Of a DNA stretch of 64,000 nucleotides, positions 51,258 through 63,200 are shown piece after piece. How positions within the stretch are numbered: position 1 is the stretch's first letter; the number at the start of each line of letters is the position of its first letter. Below the pieces are notes generated by a model. The model saw only the letters and a program-made list of their open reading frames with translations, was not told the origin of the DNA and searched no databases. The stretch lies in assembly GCA_964016885.1 (NCBI GenBank), contig OZ024742.1, positions 370,574,001 to 370,638,000 on the forward strand, read 5' to 3'. Source of the DNA: Eledone cirrhosa (lineage: Eukaryota). Position numbers and translations under genes: made by a program.

Positions 51258-54200
51258 CTACAGGCTGATATAGAGAGAAGACCCATTCACTCTGGCTATT
51301 CTCCCTACTTTCACCCACCTTTCATAAAACTTGCTGGGGTAGAGCACCTCTCTCTCCATTCTGATCCTTCTTTTAAAATGGTATTTGAAAAAGGGGACCA
51401 GTTGTTGGCCGGAGAGAAAGGTGTCTGACCTCAGCCCTTTCAGCCTCGTCCACCATACAACTTCTTTAGCCATGGCTATCACACAGAGAAAAACCGCCTC
51501 TCCTTCGTTTTTGAAAGGCGGAGGCGGTTTGATCGTGACAATGGACTCAGTGGTCAACCGGATTGGTCCCACCCTCGACAGTAGTCGTTCCACATAGCCC
51601 CACAGGTCAGCAATGCCTGGGCAGTGTACGAATGCGTGCGCAACGGTTTCGTCGTCATGCACGCATCTCGGACAGATCTTATTCAAAGGATCCCTACCCA
51701 GGTTCCCATGCCTGTGGAGCTTGTCTTGAACGGGTAGAGCCCCTCGGTAGCACAGCCAAGCCAGGGACTTTTGGAAGTTGTCCATCGGTCCAGGGCCAAA
51801 CGTCCTACCGAACAGACTGGCCAGTTCATCTTCCTCCATGCCTAGAGCTTCTCCGAGAGCATCATCGCACCTGCTGCGTACCAACCCTCTATAGAATGTC
51901 GAGGTGGAGTCTCCACTGATTGCCGGGTCCGCTTTCCAGAGGGCCGTGAGCGCCTGGGCACATTCAATGTGCCAGTCGCCCACTTTTCTCGGTCTTTGCT
52001 TGACCCAGGATTGCAGCTCGGTGAGCGAGACGAGTCTGGGAAAGGCTCGCCTCACAAACGGGGCCCACACCGGTTGACCGGTGAGGAATACCTGGAGGCG
52101 CCGTAGCCTTAATGCGTGTTTACGCATCTGTAGCCAAGGCATCGCCAGCCCTCCTTTCTAAGGGTGTTGACAGCAGATGGATCTCCTCACCAAAGGGGTC
52201 CGCTTGTTCCAAAGAAATTGGAACAGCGCGCACTCCATTTTGGCGAGTCTTTTCACTGGGCAAGACACGACGGTCAAGCGGTAGTAGATGACGGATGTTA
52301 TATAAGTGTTCGCCACCTCCGGCTCGACCTTTCAGGGATAGTTTGCACTGGGCCCACTTCTGGGTGAGTGCAAACATCCTGGCCGTTACCTCGTTCCAGT
52401 TTTTCTCCACCTGGAGGTCTGGTCCGAACCAGACCCCAAGCAGCTTTACCAGGCCCTCCGTCCAGCGTCCGACGACGTCGTTGGAGGGCATCGGTTTGCC
52501 TCTCCATGTTCCGAGTTGCAAACCGACGGACTTGTCCCGGTTAAGCTTGGCTCCTGTAAACCTTTCATATTCCTCCAGTAAGGTGCCGATCTCACCGATT
52601 TGCGAGGTTCTCGACACCATTACTGTCACGTCATCGGCGTAGGCCGACGCCGCTTTCTGCAATCCCGGTTCCAAAGGGATGCCCTGCAACCGCTCCAACT
52701 TCCGCAGTAGTGGCTCAAGAGCCAGCACATACAGAAGGGAGGAGAGAGGGCATCCCTCTCGGATGGATCGCATGATTTGGAACGTCTCCGAGAGCTGGCC
52801 GTTCACCTTGACCCTTGAGCAGACGTTGCATCGCAGACGTTGAGCAGACGTTGCCATCCAACCCCTGAAAACGGGTCCGAAGCCTGCCGCCGCGAGCACC
52901 GCATCCAGGTAACGATGGTCAACCCTATCGAAAGCTTTAGATTGATCCAAGTTGATCAGGGCCCCATCAAAGCCGGGTTCATTCCCTACCCTCTCTATGA
53001 TGTATCCCATAAGGTGGAGATTGTCGTGAATGGACCTGGACGGGATTGCGCATGTCTGCGCTTCTCCCACCAGGTTTCCGACGACAAGCGCCAACCTCTT
53101 CGCTAACACCTTGGCCAAAATCTTTAACTCTGCATTTAGCAGAGTTATGGGCCTGAAGTTACTTATGTCATCCCCCTTGTTCTCGTCCTTCCTCACCAGC
53201 GTAACTACGCCCTTGGCCACAGAACTGGGAATTCTCCCGTTCTGCTGCAGTTGCAGTAGACCGCTTCGAGGATATCGGAGAACAAGTCCGACATCGCTAC
53301 ATATAGCTCGTATGGTAGACCATCGAGACCCGGGATTTGCGTTTGCCGCATTGGCTCAGCGCCGCCCCTATCTCAGCAGCTGAAATCGGCCTTTCGCAGG
53401 ACTTCGCCTCCCCGTCCGAGAGGCGCGGCAGACCGTCGAGGTATGGATTGAAATCCATAGTCTCACGCGCCGCGCCGCGCCTCTCGAACAGTCGTGCAAA
53501 GTGCCGCTGAAATGCCGCACACATCTGCCCAGGTTCAAGGATCACACGCCCATCCTGGTCCTTCAAAGACCGAATCGTGGACTTGTTCCCACTTTTTGCC
53601 TCTGTCACTCGGGCCCAGCTAACAGCTTTGGCTCCCTCATTACCCAGAGCACGTATTTTACTCCTCACAACGCAGCCCTCGTGCTTCACATCAAAGAACT
53701 GGTCTAAGGCCATTCTTGATGCCAGCACGCTGGCTACATTGCCACTCCTAATCGCCTCTTCTACTCTATCTACTAATTCCCTTTCCGTCTTGTTCCTATC
53801 CCTTGCTAATTCCTGACTAAAACCTATCGATTCTATTCTAATTGCTCTCTTAAGAGAGCTCCACCACCTGTTGTTGACAATTGCCCCTGTCAAACACTGC
53901 TTAACTAACGTGCTAATCCGTTTACTGTAAGCTTTGCTTGTCGGTAAGGACAAGTTCAGCTTCCAGTAACCGGGTCCCTGTCTATGGGTTCTATCAAGGT
54001 TGACTATGCAGGTCACTAACCTGTGATCCGAATAGTCAACCATGAACATTTTTGGACAGCTAAATGTGTCCCTATCCTTATCTCTAACTAGGACCCTATC
54101 TAGGTACGACCTAGATGTTCCGCTACGATTGGTCCACGTCCATAGTGGTACAGTCGGAAAATCTAGTCGATATCTATCGGCCAGGTCAAATCGGCCGATT

Positions 54201-54702
54201 AACCTTTGGAGGCTTTTACACCTCCCTCTATTGGCACATGCCCCTACATAGTCCCAGCGTGCATCCAGGATACCATTCCAATCCCCCACTAAAAGCAAGG
54301 AGCGGGACGTTCCCAGAAAAGTTTCCAGACGTTGGAAGTAGTCCGGCCGCGCTGCTCAAAAAGAGGCGTACACAGCAATTATTCTAAGGGCTCCACTTTC
54401 ACTACTGCCGACGTCTAAAACCACCAGTCGACCCTCCGGGTCCAGGTGCACCTTCTGTATGGCGAGGCCCAGGTGTTTTCGCAGCAGAACGACAACTCCA
54501 CCCCACCCCCCGGTTGACAGAGAGATGCGTAGATCTCAAAGTCGTCGAAGAGGGGCGCCAGTTGGCGCTCGCTGCTGATCCTGGACTCGCAAATAGCCAT
54601 TACATCCATTCTATGCGACCTGAGATCGTTTAAAAGTTTGCCTTGTTTCCAAGACAGTCCCAGGCCGCGTACATTCAGACACCCAACTCTTATATCAGCC
54701 AT
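51258..54702 (-). pseudogene. Tx1-like ORF2 (APE endonuclease, RT, C-terminal CCHC zinc finger), several frameshifts
   Basis: MADIRVGCLNVRGL; GDWN, YLDR, SDH; PGYWKLN; NFRPITLLN, DQSKAFDRV, GCPLS, YADD, LLGVWFG; CPRC...HAFVHC. Split over ORFs 54415-54702, 53297-54298, 52120-53220 and 51258-52142. Confidence 0.92.
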
Positions 54703-54707
54703 GTTGG

Positions 54708-56369
54708 TTAAAAGAGGAAGGACCTACCTGTTCGGCTCCTGGGGAGCAGGTTGCACAATATCCATGGGCGTATTGGAGGGGTTGTTTGGTGGGGTGTTGT
54801 TCTGTGGTGGGGTGGGGGTGTTTGGTGAGTGTGGGTGTCTTGGGTGTGGGTGGGGAAACGTTTCAAGAGGACGCGGTTATAGGGTCGAGTACATGTTTTC
54901 CCCACGTCCTCAGGAAAGTTCTCTCTTAGTTTTGCATAGGTGTCCATTGGGAGTCTTATCATTTTTAAATGCGGTTTGTTGGCCGCGCTTGCAAAGAATT
55001 GCCCTTCAGTTACCACCGAAGATCTCTGTATATTGTTTTTACTAGTTCTTTGTTATTTGTGTTAATGTATGTATACTGTTTTATTTGTGTTGTGTTTGTG
55101 TTTGTTGTTCTTGTGTGTGCTTGCATTTTGTTGTATGTGTTATGTTTTGGGGTGGGGTGGTTTTTGTTTGTTCTGTTTGTTTTGTTTTTGTTGGTGGTTG
55201 TGTGTTTGTTTCGTTTATGTTCATGTGTTTTCTTTTTTTTCTTTTTACAGGTTGGAAGGGTTCCCCCTCTTCGTCACTAGGTGCCGTTTCAGCTGGGTCC
55301 TCGTCCGTGCTGTCGGGTAGTGGTGTATTTTGGGGTTGTGTTGTGTTTGTGTGTGTTTTGGGAGTTGTTTTGTGTTATTTTTCCGTGTTGTTTTTGTTGT
55401 TGTTGTTGTTGTTGTTTTTGTTGTTGTTGTGGTGGTGGTAGTGGTGGTGGTGGTAGTGGTGTTGGTGGTGGTGGTGGTGGTGGTGGTGGTGGCGGTGGTG
55501 GTGTGTGGGGTGTAGGCAAAAGAGCCTTTTTTGTCAATTGAGGACAGGCAGCCCTTCGATGACCCCTACTTGAACAGTAGTAACATATGGGCCTCCTACC
55601 CTTGGCTGAAATGTATATAAATGTTTCTCCATCGAGGGACACCCTCTGTGGTATTCTAGCTATTCGTTCTGGTCTCATTTGGACCAGAACCTCCACGCTC
55701 AAACCGCCGAAAACGTATGTGGAGACTTCTCCTACTGAGAGGATTCCGTCCTCGTCTTCTAAAAATCCTGTTAGTACCCAGGAAATGCATGCATTTGGCC
55801 GGATTCCGGAGACTCTTATTTTCTGCGTTCTTTTCCCCAAATATGTGGGGAAAAATGTGTGTAGCTTGGAAACAATTGGCGCCACAGAGTATTTCCTGGC
55901 CGTCAATTGATCCTTCATTAGCACCGTTATATTCCCATAGAGTGGCCCTTTTTGTATGAACGATATGTCACTCCACACATTTTTTAGGACCAGCTCAATT
56001 TCTTTTTGGGATAATTGAGCTGGTTTCCTTGTTATGTTGGAAATTGTTCTGAAAGATATCGTTCTTAGTGTCGTGTCTCTTTTGATTTCTTGTGGGGAGG
56101 TGATTGTGAAGTCTCCTCCTTCTTTGAAAGTTACATTACTGTTTTGCTTCCTTCGTCTTTTCTCTCAGAGTTGTAATGTCGAGTTGCTTGCAGGTCTGTG
56201 TTTTTCGGACCGCCTGTGCAAAGGAGGCACCAGTAGTGGGTTCGCTTTGTTTGGTGTTATCGTTATTTTTTCCTTGGTTGGTGTTGTGACTATTGCTGTT
56301 GTTGGTCGTGCTGTTATTGTCATTGTTGTTTTTGTCTGCGTTTATGTGACTTTCTGGGTTTTCACCCAT
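54708..56369 (-). pseudogene. Tx1-like ORF1 (gag-like nucleic-acid chaperone), disrupted
   Basis: N-rich N-terminus with SFAQAV; CYYCSSRGHRRAAC (Cx2Cx4Hx4C); poly-P/poly-Q linker; last segment stops 5 nt before the ORF2 ATG. Confidence 0.8.
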
Positions 56370-56733
56370 TTTTACAAATTTTTCTTTTAATTCCGTGTTC
56401 CATGTTTCTTTTGCAGAAGTGAGGAGGGAAGACTTAGAGCATTGTGCTTCTAGCTTCTCTGTATCACCTTACTTAGGGGGCGTGGCTTTCTCGTTAGGAT
56501 GAGATGTGAAAATTCCGTCCATTTCTATCAGTTTGCCGTAATAAATATTTAAGTGTAAAATTCGCCCCCAAAAGGGGCGAAAATAAATAAACTCAAAGTC
56601 TGACGACCCAGGCAAGGGGTTAACGTATAATACAGTACAAAAACAATAAATCAAAACTCACTTTTGAGTAGGTAAATCCAACTCGGTAGCCAAGCTTGTT
56701 AACACACATCAACACACGTCTCTCGTATACGAG

Positions 56734-56808
56734 ATGTTATGTGAGATATTATGTGAGGTAAAGCCTTTACTGTGAAAATACAATAGTATATATAGAGTAA
56801 TGTAAATG
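56734..56808 (+). repeat. Final unit of the 72-bp array, beyond the Tx1 insertion
   Basis: atgttatgtgagatattatgtgaggtaaagcctttactgtgaaaatacaatagtatatatagagtaatgtaaatg. Confidence 0.95.
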
Positions 56809-56809
56809 G

Positions 56810-57051
56810 TACAGGGTTAAAACAAACAAACCAAATAAAGGAAAAGAAAGAGAATACATTTAAATAGTGAAAGTAAAAGAACTGGCAGGAAGGCGAAGGG
56901 TAGACCCTGAGAAAGATGGGTGGATAACAGCCATGAGCTTGGTTGCTCTCACTTGGAAACAGTTGCTTCTGACAAGACCAACAGGAAGGAGTGTTTGAGG
57001 ACTGTACTCAACATGACCGTCTCAGGAAGAAGTGGAGGAAGAAGAAGAAAG
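56810..57051 (+). mobile_element. Old RTE-like LINE 3' remnant
   Basis: Translates TGRKAKGRP*ERWVDN...NRKE, similar to the RTE C-terminal GRPxxxW motif, and ends in (GAA)n. Confidence 0.45.
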
Positions 57052-57203
57052 TTAAGGAAAAGAGGGGGAGAAGAGCGGCCGAGGGTACACCTTGTTCCCA
57101 GTCTATGTGGTATAACTTAGTTGTAACACCTGAAGACATCATGACAAAGGTATTACCATTGAGAACAGTATGTTACTCCCACTGCAAGTCAGTCAGTCTA
57201 CTT

Positions 57204-60200
57204 TGTGGCGATTCTACCTCAGGTGAGGTATACTCCTAATATAGTGGTGGTTCTACCTCAGGTGAGGTATACTCCTCATATAGTCGTGGTTCTACCTCAG
57301 GTGAGGTATGCTCCTCATATAATGGTGGTTCTACCTCAGGTGAGATATACTCCTCATATAGAGGTGGTTCTACCTCAGGTGAGATATACTCCTCATATAG
57401 TGGTGGTTCTACCTAAGGTGAGGTATACTCCTCATATAGTGGCGATTCTACCTCATGTGAGGTATACTCCCCATATAGTGGTGGTTCTACCTCAGGTGAG
57501 ATATACTCCTCATATAGTGGTGGTTCTACCTCAGGTGAGGTATACTCCTTATATAATGTGGTTTTACCTCAGGTGAGATATACTCCTCATATAGTGGTGG
57601 TTCTACCTAAGGTGAGGTATACTCCTCATATAATGGTGGTTCTACCTCAGGTGAGGTATACTCCTCATATAATGGCGATTCTACCTCAGGTGAGGTATAC
57701 TCCTCATATAGTGGTGGTTCTACCTCAGGTGAGATATACTCCTCATATAGTGGTGGTTCTACCTCAGGTGAGGTATACTCCTCATATAGTGGTGGTTCTA
57801 CCTAAGGTGAGGTATACTCCTCATATAATGGTGGTTCTACCTCAGGTGAGGTATACTCCTCATATAGTGGTGGTTCTACCTAAGGTGAGGTATACTCCTC
57901 ATATAGTGGTGGTTCTACCTCAGGTGAGATATACTCCTCATATAGTCATGGTTCTACCTCAGGTGAGGTATACTCCTCATATAATGGCGATTCTACCTCA
58001 GGTGAGGTATACTCCTCATATAGTGGTGGTTCTACCTCAGGTGAGATATACTCCTCATATAGTGGTGGTTCTACCTCAGGTGAGATATACTCCTCATATA
58101 GTGGTGGTTCTACCTAAGGTGAGGTATACTCCTCATATAATGGTGGTTCTACCTCAGGTGAGGTATACTCCTCATATAGTGGTGGTTCTACCTAAGGTGA
58201 GGTATACTCCTCATATAGTGGTGGTTCTACCTCAGGTGAGATATACTCCTCATATAGTGGTGGTTCTACCTAAGGTGAGGTATACTCCTCATATAATGGT
58301 GGTTCAACCTCAGGTGAGATATACTCCTCATATAGTGGTGGTTCTACCTAAGGTGAGATATACTCCTCATATAGTGGTGGTTCTACCTAAGGTGAGGTAT
58401 ACTCCTCATATAATGGTGGTTCTACCTCAGGTGAGGTATACTCCTCATATAATGGCGATTCTACCTCAGGTGAGGTATACTCCTCATATAGTGGTGGTTC
58501 TACCTCAGGTGAGATATACTCCTCATATAGTGGTGGTTCTACCTCAGGTGAGATATACTCCTCATATAGTGGTGGTTCTACCTAAGGTGAGGTATACTCC
58601 TCATATAATGGTGGTTCTACCTCAGGTGAGGTATACTCCTCATATAGTGGTGGTTCTACCTAAGGTGAGGTATACTCCTCATATAGTGGTGGTTCTACCT
58701 CAGGTGAGATATACTCCTCATATAGTGGTGGTTCTACCTAAGGTGAGGTATACTCCTCATATAATGGTGGTTCAACCTCAGGTGAGATATACTCCTCATA
58801 TAGTGGTGGTTCTACCTAAGGTGAGATATACTCCTCATATAGTGGTGGTTCTACCTCAGGTGAGATATACTCCTCATATAATGGCGATTCTACCTCATGT
58901 GAGGTATACTCCCCATATAGTGGTGGTTCTACCTCAGGTGAGATATACTCCGAATATAGTGGTGGTTCTACCTCAGGTGAGGTATACTCCTTATATAATG
59001 TGGTTTTACCTCAGGTGAGATATACTCCTCATATAGTGGTGGTTCTACCTCAGGTGAGATATACTCCTCATATAGTGGTGGTTCTACCTCAGGTGAGATA
59101 TACTCCTTATATAGTGGTGGTTTTACCTCAGGTGAGGTATGCTCCTCATATAATGGTGGTTCTACCTCAGGTGAGGTATACACCTCATAAAGTGGTGGTT
59201 CTACCTCAGGTGAGGTATACTCCTCATATAGTGGTGGTTCTACCTCAGGTGAGGTATACTCCTCATATAATGGTGGTTCTACCTCAGGTGAGATATGCTC
59301 ATCATATAGTGGTGGTTCTACCTCAGGTGAGATATACTCCTCATATAGTGGTGGTTCTACCTCAGGTGAGATATACTCCTCATATAGTCATGGTTCTACC
59401 TCAGGTGAGGTATACTCCTCATATAAAGGTGGTTCTACCTCAGGTGAGGTATACTCCTCATATAGTGGTGGTTCTACCTCAGGTGAGGTATACTCCTCAT
59501 ATAGTCGTGGTTCTACCTCAGGTGAGGTATGCTCCTCATATAATGGTGGTTCTACCTCAGGTGAGATATACTCCTCATATAGTGGTGGTTCTACCTCAGG
59601 TGAGATATACTCCTCATATAATGGTGGTTCTACCTCAGGTGAGGTATACTCCTCATATAATGGCGATTCTACCTCAGGTGAGGTATACTCCTCATATAGT
59701 GGTGGTTCTACCTCAGGTGAGATATACTCCTCATATAGTGGTGGTTCTACCTCAGGTGAGATATACTCCTCATATAGTGGTGGTTCTACCTAAGGTGAGG
59801 TATACTCCTCATATAATGGTGGTTCTACCTCAGGTGAGGTATACTCCTCATATAGTGGTGGTTCTACCTAAGGTGAGGTATACTCCTCATATAGTGGTGG
59901 TTCTACCTCAGGTGAGATATACTCCTCATATAGTGGTGGTTCTACCTAAGGTGAGGTATACTCCTCATATAATGGTGGTTCAACCTCAGGTGAGATATAC
60001 TCCTCATATAGTGGTGGTTCTACCTAAGGTGAGATATACTCCTCATATAGTGGTGGTTCTACCTCAGGTGAGATATACTCCTCATATAATGGCGATTCTA
60101 CCTCATGTGAGGTATACTCCCCATATAGTGGTGGTTCTACCTCAGGTGAGATATACTCCGAATATAGTGGTGGTTCTACCTCAGGTGAGGTATACTCCTT

Positions 60201-63200
60201 ATATAATGTGGTTTTACCTCAGGTGAGATATACTCCTCATATAGTGGTGGTTCTACCTCAGGTGAGATATACTCCTCATATAGTGGTGGTTCTACCTCAG
60301 GTGAGATATACTCCTTATATAGTGGTGGTTTTACCTCAGGTGAGGTATGCTCCTCATATAATGGTGGTTCTACCTCAGGTGAGGTATACACCTCATAAAG
60401 TGGTGGTTCTACCTCAGGTGAGGTATACTCCTCATATAGTGGTGGTTCTACCTCAGGTGAGGTATACTCCTCATATAATGGTGGTTCTACCTCAGGTGAG
60501 ATATGCTCATCATATAGTGGTGGTTCTACCTCAGGTGAGATATACTCCTCATATAGTGGTGGTTCTACCTCAGGTGAGATATACTCCTCATATAGTCATG
60601 GTTCTACCTCAGGTGAGGTATACTCCTCATATAAAGGTGGTTCTACCTCAGGTGAGGTATACTCCTCATATAGTGGTGGTTCTACCTCAGGTGAGGTATA
60701 CTCCTCATATAGTCGTGGTTCTACCTCAGGTGAGGTATGCTCCTCATATAATGGTGGTTCTACCTCAGGTGAGATATACTCCTCATATAGTGGTGGTTCT
60801 ACCTCAGGTGAGATATACTCCTCATATAATGGTGGTTCTACCTCAGCTGAGATATACTCCTCATATAGTGGTGGTTCTACCTCAGGTGAGGTATACTCCT
60901 TATATGATGGTGGTTCTACCTCAGGTGAGATATACTCCTCATATAATGGTGGTTCTACCTCAGGTGAGGTATACTCCTCATATAGTGGTGGTCTACCTCA
61001 GGTGAGGTATACTCCTTATATAATGGTGGTTTTACCTCAGGTGAGATATACTCCTCATATAGTGGTGGTTTTACCTCGGGTGAGATATACTCCTCATATA
61101 GTGGTGGTTCTACCTCAGGTGAGATATACTCCTCATATAATGGTGGTTTTACCTCAGGTGAGATATACTCCTCATATAGTCGTGGTTCTACCTCAGGTGA
61201 GGTATACTCCTCACATAGTGGTGGTTCTACCTCAGGTGAGATATACTCCTCATATAGTGGTGGTTCTACCTCAGGTGAGATATACTCCTAATATAATGGT
61301 GGTTCTACCTCAGGTGAGATATACTCCTCATATAGAGGTGGTTCTACCTCAGGTGAGATATATTCCTCATATAGTGGTGGTTCTACCTCACGTGAGATAT
61401 ACTCCTCATATAGTGGTGGTTCTACCTCAGGTGAAGTATACTCCTCATGTAGTCATTGTTCTACCTCAGGTGAGGTATACTCCTCATATGATGGTGGTTC
61501 TACCTCAGGTGAGATATACTCCTCATATAATGGTGGTTCTACCTCGGGTGAGATATACTCCTCATATAGTGGTGGTTCTAACTGAGGTGAGATATACTCC
61601 TCATATAATGGTGGTTCTACCTCAAGTGAGGTATACTCCTCATATAGTGGTGGTTCTACCTCAGGTGAGATATACTCCTCATATAGTGGCGATTCTAACT
61701 CATGTGAGGTATACTACTCATATAACGGTGGTTCTACCTCAGGTGAGGTATACTCCTCACATAGTGGTGGTTCTACCTCAGGTGAGATATACTCCTCATA
61801 TAGTGGTGGTTCTACCTCAGGTGAGATATACTCCTAATATAATGGTGGTTCTACCTCAGGTGAGATATACTCCTCATATAGAGGTGGTTCTACCTCAGGT
61901 GAGATATATTCCTCATATAGTGGTGGTTCTACCTCACGTGAGATATACTCCTCATATAGTGGTGGTTCTACCTCAGGTGAAGTATACTCCTCATGTAGTC
62001 ATTGTTCTACCTCAGGTGAGGTATACTCCTCATATGATGGTGGTTCTACCTCAGGTGAGATATACTCCTCATATAATGGTGGTTCTACCTCGGGTGAGAT
62101 ATACTCCTCATATAGTGGTGGTTCTAACTGAGGTGAGATATACTCCTCATATAATGGTGGTTCTACCTCAAGTGAGGTATACTCCTCATATAGTGGTGGT
62201 TCTACCTCAGGTGAGATATACTCCTCATATAGTGGCGATTCTAACTCATGTGAGGTATACTACTCATATAACGGTGGTTCTACCTCAGGTGAGGTATACT
62301 CCTCACATAGTGGTGGTTCTACCTCAGGTGAGATATACGCCTCATATAGTGGTGGTTCTACCTCAGGTGAGATATACTCCTCATATAGTGGTGGTCCTAC
62401 CTCAGGTGAAGTATACTCCGCATATAGTCATGGTTCTACCTCAGGTGAGGTATACTCCTCATATAAAGGTGGTTCTACCTCAGGTGAGATATACTCCTCA
62501 TATAATGGTGGTTCTACCTCAGGTGAGGTATACTCCTCATATAGTGGTGGTTCTACCTCAGGTGAGGTATACTCCTCATATAATGGTGGTTCTACCTCAA
62601 TGAGATATACTCCTCATATAGTGGTGGTTCTACCTCAGGTGAGGTATACTCCTCATATAGTGGTGGTTCTACCTCAGGTGAGATATACTCCTCATATAGA
62701 GGTGGTTCTACCTCAGGTGAGATATACACCCCATATAGTGGTGGTTCTACCTCAGGTGAGGTATACTCCTCATATAGTGGTGGTTCTACCTCAGGTGAGA
62801 TATACTCCTCATATAGAGGTAGTTTTACCTCAGGTGAGGTATACTCCTCATATAGTGGTGGTTCTACCTCAGGTGAGATTTACTCCTCATATAGTGGTGG
62901 TTCTACCTCAGTTGAGGTATACTCCTCATATAGTGGTAGTTCTACCTCAGGTGAGGTATACTCCTCATATAAAGGTGGTTCTACCTCAGGTGAGATATAC
63001 TCCTCATATAGAGGTGGTTCTACCTCAGGTGAGATATACTCCCCATATAGTGGTGGTTCTACCTCAGGTGAGGTATACTCCTCATATAATGGTGGTTCTA
63101 CCTCAGGTGAGATATACTCTTCATATAGTGGTGGTTCTACATCAGGTGAGGTATACTCCTCATATAGTGGTGGTTCTACCTCAGGTGAGATATACTCCTC

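Larger units (their letters stand above)
51024..56733 (-). mobile_element. Tx1/L1-group non-LTR retrotransposon, apparently full length, frameshifted
   Basis: 5' UTR; ORF1 with CCHC knuckle; ORF2 APE-RT-zinc finger; short A-rich tail at ~51024-51033; the flanking array resumes at 56734. Confidence 0.92.

Noticed and set aside
57205-62603. Long (VVVLPQVRYTPHI)n ORFs of up to 533 aa
   Set aside because: The 39-bp unit lacks a stop in one frame by chance; frameshifting indels are propagated; no non-repetitive coding flanks.
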